Part shown: one piece after another, positions 1 through 36,255 of the stretch
Numbering within the stretch: the first letter of the stretch is position 1
Layout: each line of letters starts with the position of its first letter
DNA from: the human T2T-CHM13v2.0 reference genome, Homo sapiens
Assembly (NCBI RefSeq): GCF_009914755.1
Contig: NC_060943.1
DNA: 64,000 nucleotides
Strand: one strand, 5' to 3'
Notes under the pieces: generated by a model
The model's database searches: none
Told to the model about the DNA's origin: nothing
The model's input: the letters and a program-made list of their open reading frames with translations, nothing else
Program-made: the position numbers and the translations under genes

Positions 1-96
1 CTCCACCCTGGGCCACAGATTGACACTGTCTTCAAAAGAAAAAAAAAAAAAAAAGCATGTTTCTAACCACTCTCCTTCTATCAAAAATACTTTTGG

Positions 97-2872
<2,776 letters not shown>

Positions 2873-3197
2873 TGAGTTAGCTAGGTTCAACTGCTAAAAA
2901 GAGACCCTACAGCCAGGAAGAAAGGGAATGAAGGCAGGAGAGGGGCTTATTCCTGCCCTTGAAAGCGGAACCCAGAAATGTACACATCAATTCTGCTAGT
3001 GTTCCATTGGCCATTATTTGGTCATAAGGCTAACCTAGCTGCAAAGGACACTGGGAGATGTAGTATTTGGCTGGGTAGCTATGGTCCTGGTTAAATAGGC
3101 TGTTTACTATAAGGAAGTGGAGGGGTTTGTACAACACACTAGCAGTCTTTGATCGCAAATGGGACCCTGATTCTTTCACTGTGTCTCTACCCCTCAG

Positions 3198-9936
<6,739 letters not shown>

Positions 9937-10038
9937 CCTCTCGCAGGCTGCCAGCTGGTCCGTCCTCCTTCTCCCTCCCTGGGGCTGGGACTCAGTTTCC
10001 CATACAGAACCCACAACCTTACCTCCCTCCGCCTGGTC

Positions 10039-10047
10039 TTTAATAAA
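10039..10047. terminator. Overlapping polyadenylation signals: AATAAA (+, 10042-10047, TJP3) and ATTAAA (-, 10044-10039, likely APBA3)
   Basis: Sequence TTTAATAAA lies about 105 nt after the TJP3 stop and about 235 nt after the APBA3 stop. Confidence 0.75.
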
Positions 10048-10277
10048 CAGAGTATTTTCACAGCACCGGCTTCTAGTGGCTTCCAGGAAGGACAAGGTCC
10101 TCGGTCCCGTAGACCCTGATCCGAGACTTTGCCAAATGCATAAGCTTTTACTGTTTTTATATTAGGAAATCATACAGGACCAAGAACCGCTGGGGTCCTG
10201 GCCAGCCAGGGCAGGCCCAGGATGGGGCTCCGGGGCCATGGAGGCGAAGGCACAGTGGCAGGCAAGGGATGAGGTGG

Positions 10278-19520
<9,243 letters not shown>

Positions 19521-19587
19521 GCCTGGACTCCAGGCTTAGGCCGGCATCTTCAGGCAGCTGAAAGAGAGAGAGTCAGCACTGAGGTTT

Positions 19588-20205
<618 letters not shown>

Positions 20206-20795
20206 TTGAGGTTTCCCGGCTGCCTATCCGGTGCTAGGCTCTAGCTGGGTACTGTTCATACAGGGCACATAATTTAATACCCACTAACCCTTGCAAGGAA
20301 GTTAGGATTCCCATTTTACAGATGAAGAAACTGAGCCACAGAATGGGGAGGTGTGAGGCAGTGGCTTCCCGAGCCCCTGTGTCATCCCAGACCTCTCTCA
20401 ACTAATGGAGTCTGTTCACTCCAGCCCTGGTTCTTCCAGGTCCTCCTCCCTCAAGACGCGGAACCCAGGCTGGAGACCCAGACCTCACACCCTGACTCTA
20501 CCGACTGGTCAGAGGCAGTTCCCCAAGACCCCAGACCCAAGACCCCAGTCCCATGACCTCAACCCCCAATACCTCCATCCAGAACTTTAGACCCAGGACC
20601 CTGGACTTAATACCAGAGACCCAAGACGCCATAAGGCGGACCCCAGTCTCCAAACCTCCAATGCTACCCCAAGATCGACTCCAGACTCAGACCCCGACTT
20701 CAGGACCCAGCCCCAAGCCCAGACCCTAGTCCGCCCTCAGACCGAAGACCTCAAGCGCCGACTCAGACTGCGCTCTGCACCTCGAGGACACTCAC

Positions 20796-20939
20796 TTCCC
20801 AAATCGAGGCCGCCTCAGCCCCGCGCAGCCTCCAGGACCCCGCTCCCCACGGACGGCCCCGACGTAGCCCGGGCCGCGTCCCCAGAAGGCGCAGCTCGGG
20901 GATTCCCGGTCCCGGCGCCCGCTCCTCTATCCGCGCAGA

Positions 20940-20950
<11 letters not shown>
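20796..20950 (-). other. APBA3: APBA3 non-coding exon 1 (5' end approximate)
   Basis: Donor GAA|GTGAGT at 20796/20795 inside a CpG-rich stretch; exon 2 acceptor tttcag|CTG at 19557. Confidence 0.7.
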
Positions 20951-26644
<5,694 letters not shown>

Positions 26645-28354
26645 CATGGAGGGCCCGGCATCGCTGACCCCCACGCCGAGGGCTTGCCGTTTTCCCGGAG
26701 GACGTGGACTTTTGTGAGACAAGAGGCGGCTCCCCAGCCTGGGTTTCCATGTGACCCCACAGTGGGGCTGGACCAGGGCCCTGGAGGCCAATAAAGAGCT
26801 TTCTGGGTAGACCCTATTTCCCCTTGGTATTGTCTGGTGTCGGCCTGGCGGGAAGTGGGTCCCTCAGACCCCAGGGATCCCAGCCTCCACCCCAGCCAGT
26901 GGTGGGCCGTCTGCAGGTCCCCTGTGCCTCCGGCCCTTGGTGGGCTTCTCTCCCCAACTCCTGGAATTCCTGACACTGCTCACGAGGCCCCGGCCCCAAA
27001 TCTCAAATTGCTGGGTGAGGGGGTTGTCCTAGCTAAGCCACTCTTGGTTGCAAGGGACTCAAACCTAACTATCTCAAGCCATCAGAGTCAGAAAAGAGGC
27101 TTTATGAGCTTCAAGAAAGGAGATGTCCGGAGCGGGTAGTGGTGTGGCTTTAGGTGTGGCTGGATCCAGGTGCTTCGGTATTCAGACCCAAGGCTCTCTC
27201 CATCTCAGGGTCCTTGGATCCCCCAGGGGCTGGCACTCATGGGCAGGGTAGCCCGAGGGCTCCTGGCCGACGTCCCCACCAGCGCAGCAAGTAGAATCAG
27301 AGGGAAGGGACTGCCCCTTCCTTCCTGCTGCAGTCACAGCGTGGTCCTCACTGGCCTATCCCTGGAGCCCAGGGGCTTGGGCCTTCCTTCCCCACCCCCA
27401 AGTCCTCTGTCCACTCCACTGGAGCCCAGGTCTCAACCTCCGCCCCCAGTCCACCCTCTGGAGTCGGCTTTCGGCACCCTGACCCTGACCCAGGGTCTGA
27501 CCCTAGGCCTGAGTGAGGACTGGCCTCCCTGCAGTCCCAACAACTCCTGCCCTGCCTGGCTGTGATGGGGCGGGATCACGAGGGCTGGAGTCCACCAGAT
27601 TAGAGGAGGCTGAGGGTGACACGTAGTTAGGGAGTGATGGGGCCTCTTGCTGGGGGTAGATCACCTCATGGACCCCACGTCCTGCAGAACCCCCAAGGGT
27701 CATGCCCTCGGCCCCACCCTTGCCACAGCAGCCCCACCCATGCCTAGGTGGGTGCCCTGGGGGATTTGGACTGGGCTCACCCACCCTCCGGCTTCCTCTG
27801 TCCACAAGCTGGATGGGCGGGGCGGGGCCCGTCTCAGGGAAACCCTAACCTTCATCCTCTTAGGGGACTCTGGAGTGGAGGGGATTACTGCGCACCTGCT
27901 GTCCCCGGCAGCCTCCCTGGGCAGGCGGGGGTGTGAGCGCGCCTTCTCTCGCGCTCACTGCAGGTGGTGCCAGCCGTTCCCACCCTCCTGTTGTTCCCCA
28001 AGGTTCTGAGGGTAAAAATCAAAGTTATAACAGCCACTGGCCCTGCCTGGCCTCCCCATCACCTCCCTCCTCCCCCTCCTCACTCTGCTCCAGCCGCATG
28101 GGCCTCCTCGCTATTCTTTCAATGCACGAGGCGTGGTCCTGCCCCAGGGCCTTTGCACAGCCTGTGCCTCTGCCCAGCTCCCTCCTTCCCTAGACCTTCT
28201 CCCTCCCGCCCCCGGTCTCTACCTTCACGCCAGCCTCCCCTCCTCCAGAACTCCCTATTAAAATTGCAGCCCCTGCCACACTCCACATCTGACTTTCCTG
28301 GGTTTTTTTTCTCCCTATCACTTATCACTGTCTGAAGTCTTTTGTTTTAGATTT

Positions 28355-28638
28355 GTTTTTTATTTGTATTGAGTCAGGGTCTGGCTCTGTTGCACAGGCT
28401 GGAGTGCAGCAGTGTGATCACAGCTCCCTGCAGCCTCGACCTTCTGGGCTCAAGTGATCCTCTTGCCTCAGCTTCTTGGGTAGCTGGGATGACAGGTGTG
28501 CACCACTACACCCGGCACATTTTAAAAACGTTTGTGGAGATGGGGTCTTGCTGTGTCACCCAGGCTGGTCTCAAGCAATCCTCCCACCTCAGCCTCCCAA
28601 AGCACTGGGATTACAGGCATGAGCCACCGCACCTGGCC
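28355..28638 (-). mobile_element. Old (AluJ-like) Alu downstream of the RAX2 stop
   Basis: Diverged Alu; its A-rich tail contains AATAAA (minus) at 28364-28359. Confidence 0.8.
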
Positions 28639-29871
28639 TGGTTTAGCTTTAAAAAAAAAAATCTTTCTTGTGCTTACTGCCGTGTCCCCACTGCCTGGTG
28701 TGCGGTGACATTGGGTGATGGCAGGGCGTTGGACCACAGGACTGGTGTGTGAGGTGCCGCCTAGAGATGGGGTGACCTGGTGATCTGGGAGTGATCTGGG
28801 GAGCCCAGGCTGGAGACGGGGAGGGTAGCTACTGCAGCTCCTGCCCTGGTGCCGCACTTCTGTCCCGGGAGGTGGCGCTGGCCCAGACTGTCCCATCCCA
28901 TGCCTCAGGGCCCCCTCCTGCTGCACTGGGCCAGCCGTGCTTGCCAGTCCCAGCGGGTTCTCGGCCCCGCGACAGCCTCCTTGCTCAGAGCTCTTGGGCG
29001 ATGCGACTGGGTTGGACAGAGCAGATGCTGGCCATGCCTCCACTGGGGACATGCACAGGGCCTGGGGTCTGTGGGGACGTGAGGAATGGTCTGACGATGA
29101 CGACACACCCAGCATCAGCCCGCCTCCACCTGGAGGCCCACCAGCACCTGGTCCGGGACCCACCCTCTCTCCAGAACCTGTCGCTGTGCCCCGGACGGTA
29201 GGACCGGTGATGGGTCTGAAAGGCAGCTCCATCCACTCCTGGCCGTGCGACTTTGGGGACCTGGCTTCCTGCCTAAGCCCCGGTTTCCCTCTCTATAGAA
29301 TGGGCTGACAGCTGTGCCCGAGGTCCAGGGCACAACGGAGAGGGGAGTGCTCACATGGCGAGCACACGGTGAGAGGAGACCAGGCTCGCGGGAGCTGCTG
29401 CTATTTGTTATTTCCAGGGGACTGGGAGCCTGGAGAGTGGGCAGCTCTGCTGATGGGGATTAGGAGAAGCAGAGAGATTTACACTCATCTTACAGAGTCA
29501 GCGGTCCCGCCACCCACAGCCTCGCAGCCCTCGAACCTCGGAGGCCCCCACGCCCAATTAACAGACAGGAGACTGAGGCCCCAGGAGGGGAGGAGGTCCC
29601 CGCACCTGGCCTGAGAATACTTGGGTCACCTCCTGCCTGACACTGGGGGCCAGTCCGCTGCCAGCAGGACGGGTGGCGATGGGGTGGGAGACGGGATGGG
29701 GGCAGGGAACCCAGCAGCCTGTCTCTCTGGTCCCGCTCCCCAGTGGTGGTGGCCTGGCCTGACCACGGTTGCTCCATGACCTCGGCCTAGGCCAAGGCGT
29801 GGTGGCTGTCACCAGGGCACGTCCCCGGTTCTCGGGTTGGGCCGAGGAGGGGGCCCGGGAGGGCGGCAGGC

Positions 29872-30993
29872 TCAGGCTGGCGGCCAGGCCCTGTCCAGAG
29901 CCTGTGCATGTTCCTTGGCCAGCAGCCGCAGGGACGCCTCCTCCAGGGCGAAGCCATCTGCGAAGGTGGGAGCAAAGGCATGAGGCCCGAAGGACGCTTG
30001 CAGCCCCGGGCCCGGGCCCAGGAGGCGGGGGAGGCCTGGCACGGCCGGCGGTCCGGGGCCCAACCAGGGCTCCAGGGGCAGCGACATGGCCGGGGGGCGG
30101 GCGAACGGCAGCGCTGGGGCCTCGGGGAGTCTCGGAGCTGCCACGGCACCCGAGCCTGACTCCAGCCGCTCCTGGCGGCGCCACTTGGCCCGGCGGTTCT
30201 GGAACCACACCTGGAGGATGCGAGAGGGAAGGGGGGTTGCTGTGAGCTCAGCCGCTCCCCGCCAATCCTCGGACCCCCTCTGCACACCCCAGCCCTGGGG
30301 GTTCTGACTCCCGTCTGACCCGACTCCTACCTGCTGCTTCGCTGTTCTGCCCCAAGAAGATGAGGATCTCCCAAGCGTTCCCTAAGCCCAGGCTCCCCTC
30401 CAACTCCTCACTCCCCTCCTTGGCCTCCCTTGGCCCTTAGCAAGTAACCTGAGCTGCCTAACGTGGCATTCAAGGCCTTCAAAAGCGTTGTTACCCACAC
30501 CATTCTCTGCCTCCTCCTTCACCCCTGGCTCAAGGGAAACGCCTCCAACTTAACCCCTCCATGTCTTTGCACACACTGTTCAGGATGCCTAGAAAAACTC
30601 CCCTTTTCCTTCCCAGCTGGCACACTCCTACTCAAATGTCAAAACCTCAGCTCCCACACCCCCTCCTCCAGGAAGCCTTCCTAGCTTCTCTTCTGCTGTT
30701 GCTCCGGGAGGGTCAGGATCTTGCTTTGCCTCCCTCCCCAGGTTGCAAAAGATGTGTGTGTTGGGGGGTGCCCTCACCTGCACGCGCACCTCAGGTAGGT
30801 GCACCTTGGCTGCCAGCTCCTCACGGCTGTACACATCCAGGTAGTGAGAGGCCTCGAACGCCCGCTCCAGCTGGTGCAGCTGGTAGGTGGTGAAGGTGGT
30901 GCGGTTCCTCCGGTGCTTCTTCTTGGGGGCCTCCTCGCCCGGCCCCAGACCCCCACCCTCGGTTGCCGGCCCCTCGCCCGGGCTCAGGAACAT
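29872..30993 (-). CDS. RAX2: Retina and anterior neural fold homeobox 2 (QRX), paired-like Q50 homeodomain, 184 aa
   Basis: Exons 30993-30778 and 30210-29872 = 555 nt. [22 protein letters not shown]...VQ|[14 protein letters not shown], with C-terminal OAR-like [10 protein letters not shown]. Confidence 0.97.
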
Positions 30994-31415
30994 GGCTCCC
31001 ACCTGGTGGGACGGCAGCGGGACAGATGGTGGGGAGACGGCTGGGGGGGCTACCGGCAGGGACAGGGCAGGGGAGCCCCAGGCTTGCCTCCCGGCTCCGG
31101 GGAAATCGGTTCCCTCCACTGGGGCCGGCATGCGCTCTGCATCCCCAGGCTGTCCTCCTCGGGCTTGGGGGGGTCTCCTGCTGTGCCTCTGTCTGCTCTT
31201 CCTTCTCTCTGTGTGTGTCACCGTCCCTGTTTTCTCTTCCCCTCTCTGTGACTGTCACGGCCTGTGTGTGTGTGTGTCGGCGGGGGGGGGGGTCAAGGAT
31301 GCCCCCCCGTCAAGGAAGGCAGGATCCCTTCTCACGCCCTAAGCCCTCCACCCTGAGGGGATCTCTGCCCCCACCACCTCCTACCCAGGCCCACCAGTGC
31401 CCACCCCGCACTCAC

Positions 31416-31480
31416 CGCCCACGGCAGCCCCTCCGTCGATTTCCACGGGACACCTGCCCCAGCGGGCCTGGCGCTGCGTC
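31416..31480 (-). other. RAX2: RAX2 non-coding exon 1 (5' end approximate); alternative acceptors for exon 2 at 31002 and 31261
   Basis: Donor GG|GTGAGT at 31416/31415; acceptors ccaccag|GTGGGAGCCATG and cacacag|GCCGTG. Confidence 0.6.
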
Positions 31481-31529
31481 TGCTGTGGCCTGGCCCTGCC
31501 GGAGCCGAGCCAGGTCGGGGCTGCGTGGG

Positions 31530-31558
31530 GGAGGATTAGCTCAAGGTGATTAATTGAG
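31530..31558 (-). promoter_or_regulatory. RAX2 proximal promoter with CRX/OTX (CTAATCC) and PCE-1/Ret-1-type (CAATTA) sites
   Basis: GGATTAG 31533-31539 and TGATTAATTG 31547-31556 immediately upstream of exon 1. Confidence 0.65.
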
Positions 31559-32001
31559 GCGGCCCCTCCCACTTGGTCCTGGGCTGTTCTGAGCCAGGAG
31601 GGAGGGCAGGGTGGATGGAGGGCTGGGGCTCTAAGTGGGTGGCTGGGGGGATAGTCTTACAGGCTCCACGGCCCCTTGCCATAAGACGGCAAGGGCCTCT
31701 CCCTCTCTGGGCCTCAGTTTCCCTGGCTGTAAAACTGCCACACTAGGACCTACCCTGGGGGGATTTCAGCTTCTCAGAGCATCGCACAGAAATTGGCATA
31801 CAGGGGGCACTTAATGAATGCTCACTGTTAATATTTTTATCTGCTGGGGGCAGAAAAAGGTGTCTTAGAACTCACAGATGTCAGAGGCAGTTGGGGAAGC
31901 TGAGGTCCAGAGGTGAAGGCACTGCAGTTGGTTCCTCTGGACACAAGGGGTAGGGACCCTTTTAGCTGGGTCTGGAGGTATGAATAGACGTTCACCATTC
32001 A

Positions 32002-33155
<1,154 letters not shown>

Positions 33156-34224
33156 TCGGGTTGCTATGTTAAGGAAGGTGGTGAGAATGGAAGATGGAGT
33201 GCAAAGCCGCAAGTTCTGGACACATGGGGTGTGAAGGATGGAGTGCTGGGGAACCATGGGAGGTTGTGGAGCAGGGACACAGTGGCATTTTATACAAACA
33301 TCAATGATGAGCAGCTGAGAAACCAGGGGCAGGTGCCAGGCAGGTGAGGCTACAGGGTCTAGTCAGGCCAAGGGCCGGGGGAGATGGGGAGGACAGAAGG
33401 GTGGGGGTAGCAATTCCAGAGGAAGGAAGCTGGAGAGGGGCAGGGTGTGGGTATGGAGGTGCAAGGGCGTTGCCCAGGCCCATTCTGGGCTGCGAGGTGG
33501 GACTGTTTCAGAGGCAGAGGCCTGAGAGGTGGAGCGGGCTCCAGGGGAAGCCCCAGAGACCAGTGCCCCCCAAGTCCAAGGAGCCAGGGGGCTCAGGCAG
33601 GGGAGTGCCCTAGAGATGGAAAGGAGAGGGTACTCCAGGGACAATGGGAAGGGGAGAGGAGGGGAGGCCTGATTTAGTGACATGGAGGACAGGGGGGAGG
33701 TGACTGCGGTGGAGTGAGGGGGAGACCCAGGCCTGTGGATGGGCGAAGGGGCCAGTGCAAAGTGAACTAGAGATCCTTCCAGAATGTTGGCATGTTGGCT
33801 TTGAAGGGAGAGACACACAAAGAAAGAGAGACAGAGACAGAGACAGAGAAAGGCGTGACACACACACACACGAGAAACCAGGTGCCCAGGCCCCAGAGTA
33901 GTCCCGGTCGGATCCCAGGGGGCAGGTGGCTTCGGCCCAGGATCTGGGTGTAGCTCCCCCATCCCAGGGGCCAAGTTCAGGTGGGCAAGGTGCAGAGGCA
34001 AACAGGGGTTCAATCCCTGGCCAGAGGGGTGGCTGCAGCTTCTGAGGCTCCAGGTGCCTCCCCTGGCCTCAGCTGCCCGTCGGCAAGGTGGGCCCACCAG
34101 GCTCTGTGTCCAAGGTGGAGCCAGGCCTGTCACCCATCGAGGGACAGGGCTGTGGGCTGGGGAGAGAGAACTCCCCTGATCGCTTCATCACTTTAGAGCA
34201 CTAACGAGCTGCTTCAGGTCTCAG

Positions 34225-34425
34225 GCCGCAATTAGCTAATTGGCCAGTGTGGGTTAAGAGGCCCCAGGAAGGATCGTGGCGTGAGGCGCGGCGGGGGGGG
34301 CTTTGGGCGACTTAGCCGGACAGGCAGAAGCTGCAGACGCTGTGTCAGCTTAGAGGGCCGGATTAGGAGCGTGGGCTGGGTGGGCAGGGCCAAGGGGACA
34401 GGTGGCCCCCTGCAGTGGATTAGGC
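34225..34425. promoter_or_regulatory. Candidate photoreceptor enhancer upstream of RAX2
   Basis: Palindrome CAATTAGCTAATTG 34229-34242, plus GGATTAG at 34360-34366 and 34417-34423. Confidence 0.5.
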
Positions 34426-34873
34426 AGAGGCCAGGCCACTCCGGGCCTTTCCAGCCTCCACCTTTCAATTTTCCCCAAGAAAGAACCACTAACCTGCCTC
34501 AGGTGCTGGTGGGGAGAGTGAGGCCCGAGGGTGTGCAGGGCTTTAAGGGGGCCACACAGGAGGTCGGCGTGACCTTGGGACATTTCCGTGTCTCAGCTCA
34601 GGCTCTGCTTGGCCAGGATGGGAGGGTGGGCTGGGAGTCCTGGGGTGGGGGCCATACCCAGCCTGGCCAGAGACCCCTCTCCGTGTATCCTAAAGGCTGG
34701 CTCCATGGGACTCAGCTGAGAGCAGGTGTTGGACCGTCCCAGCAATAATGGAGCACCAGCTGTATGCCTGCCTTCTAGGTGCCCCTCCCTTCACTGCTCA
34801 CACCCCTCTGGGAAAAGGTGTCCATTGGCTGGAGGAGGCTGCTGAGGCCCAGAGAGGGTAAAAGCTTTCCCAG

Positions 34874-34994
34874 TAGGGACCACCTCTCCCCTGTTTGCCC
34901 AGGACTTTCCCTGTTTTAGCACTGAAGTCTGACACCCTGGAACAGCCCTCAGCCCTGAGCAAACCAGGGTGGTCACACCAGGGTGGTCACCCCA
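34874..34994. mobile_element. MER81-like hAT-Blackjack MITE
   Basis: TAGGG..ACC...GTTTGCCCAGGACTTTCCCTGTTTTAGCACTGAAGTC...GCAAACCAGGG..GGTCACCC resembles MER81 as recalled. Confidence 0.65.
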
Positions 34995-35246
34995 GGGCCA
35001 GCGTCACACAGCTGGGGGGCGAGTCAGGATTGAACCTGTGTGTGCAAAGTGGATCCCCGGCCCGCTGTGCCAGAGAGGACAGGAGGGCCAGTGTTTCCCT
35101 GCCATTCTGTCCCCCAGAGTCAATGGGTCAGCCTGCTAGGTCCCTGGACATTTGGACTGCCTCTGTCCAAGGACAGTGTCACCTGAGAGCTGTCACTGCA
35201 GAAGCTGTGGTGATACTCAGTGCCCAGAGGGCCAGCACACAGTCAG

Positions 35247-35436
35247 CCTGAGACAGAGGCCGGGACGCCCATGCTGCACAACTCCCGGGCCAGCTTCTCA
35301 GCCAACTTGCAGAAGGGTGCCCAGCGGGCGGGCTCTACCTCCCAGCAGCTGCTCATGAGGACATGCATGGGGCCTGGACAGCCCTTGGGGGCTCCATGTG
35401 GTACCCCTTCTCCACAGCCTCTGACACCTCCTTCAG
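35247..35436 (-). pseudogene. Degenerate duplicate of the MATK last coding exon (pseudo-exon)
   Basis: Manual alignment to 37489-37679: 26 mismatches + one 1-nt gap in 191 nt (about 86%). Translates [17 protein letters not shown] then frameshifts. Confidence 0.9.
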
Positions 35437-35462
35437 CCTGGCTTTGTTAAGTGAAGAGGAGA

Positions 35463-36255
35463 GGTGGATGGATGTGTGAATGGATGGTGGGTGGGTAGGT
35501 GGATGGAGGGATGGATGAATGGGTGGGTAGATCAATGGAACAGTGGATGGAGGGATGGATGAATAGAGTGGATGGGTGGGTGAATGAATGGATGGGTACA
35601 TGGATGGACATGGGAATGGGTGGGGGATGGATGGGTGGGGAGATGGATAGATAAGTGGATGGGTTGGTGGATGGATGCATGCATGGATGGGTGGGGACAG
35701 GGGGATGGGTGGGTGGGTGGATGGATGGAAGGATGGATGGATGGATGGATGAAAGGATGGATGGGTATGTGGATGGATGATGGGTAGATAAATGGGTGGA
35801 CAGATGTGTGAGTGGATGGTAGGTGGATGGATGGATGGGTGGACAGGTGGATGGATGCATGGGTGGACGGATGGATGGATGGATGGATGATTGGGTGGAT
35901 GGATGGATGAGTGGATGGTGGGTAGGTGGATGAGTGGATGGTGGGTGGATGGATAGGTGGGTGGGTGGATGGATGAGTGGATAGTGGGTAGATGGATGGA
36001 TGAGTGGATAGTGAGTGGGTGGATGGATGAGTGGATAGTGGGTGGGTGGATGGATGGATGGATGGGTGGATGGATGAGTGGATGGTGATTGGGTGGGTGA
36101 ATGGATGGGTGGATGGTGATTGGGTGGGTGGATAGATGGGTGGATGGTGATTGGGTGGGTGGATAGATGGGTGGATGGTGATTGGGTGGGTGGATGGATG
36201 GATGGGTGGATGGTGATTGGGTTGGTGTGGATGGATGGGTGGATGATGGGTGAGA
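35463..36255. repeat. Long degenerate (GGAT/GGGT)n simple repeat, about 800 bp
   Basis: Directly visible; includes ~31-bp sub-units containing GTGGATGGTGATTGG toward 36075-36220. Confidence 0.95.

Noticed and set aside
27933-27958. 9-bp stem hairpin GTGAGCGCG-N8-CGCGCTCAC
   Set aside because: Too short for a miRNA or other ncRNA call; plausible by chance in GC-rich DNA
28522-29308. Overlapping ORFs in the RAX2 3' region (up to 236 aa)
   Set aside because: GC-rich putative UTR ending in an Alu; no homology or splice support visible
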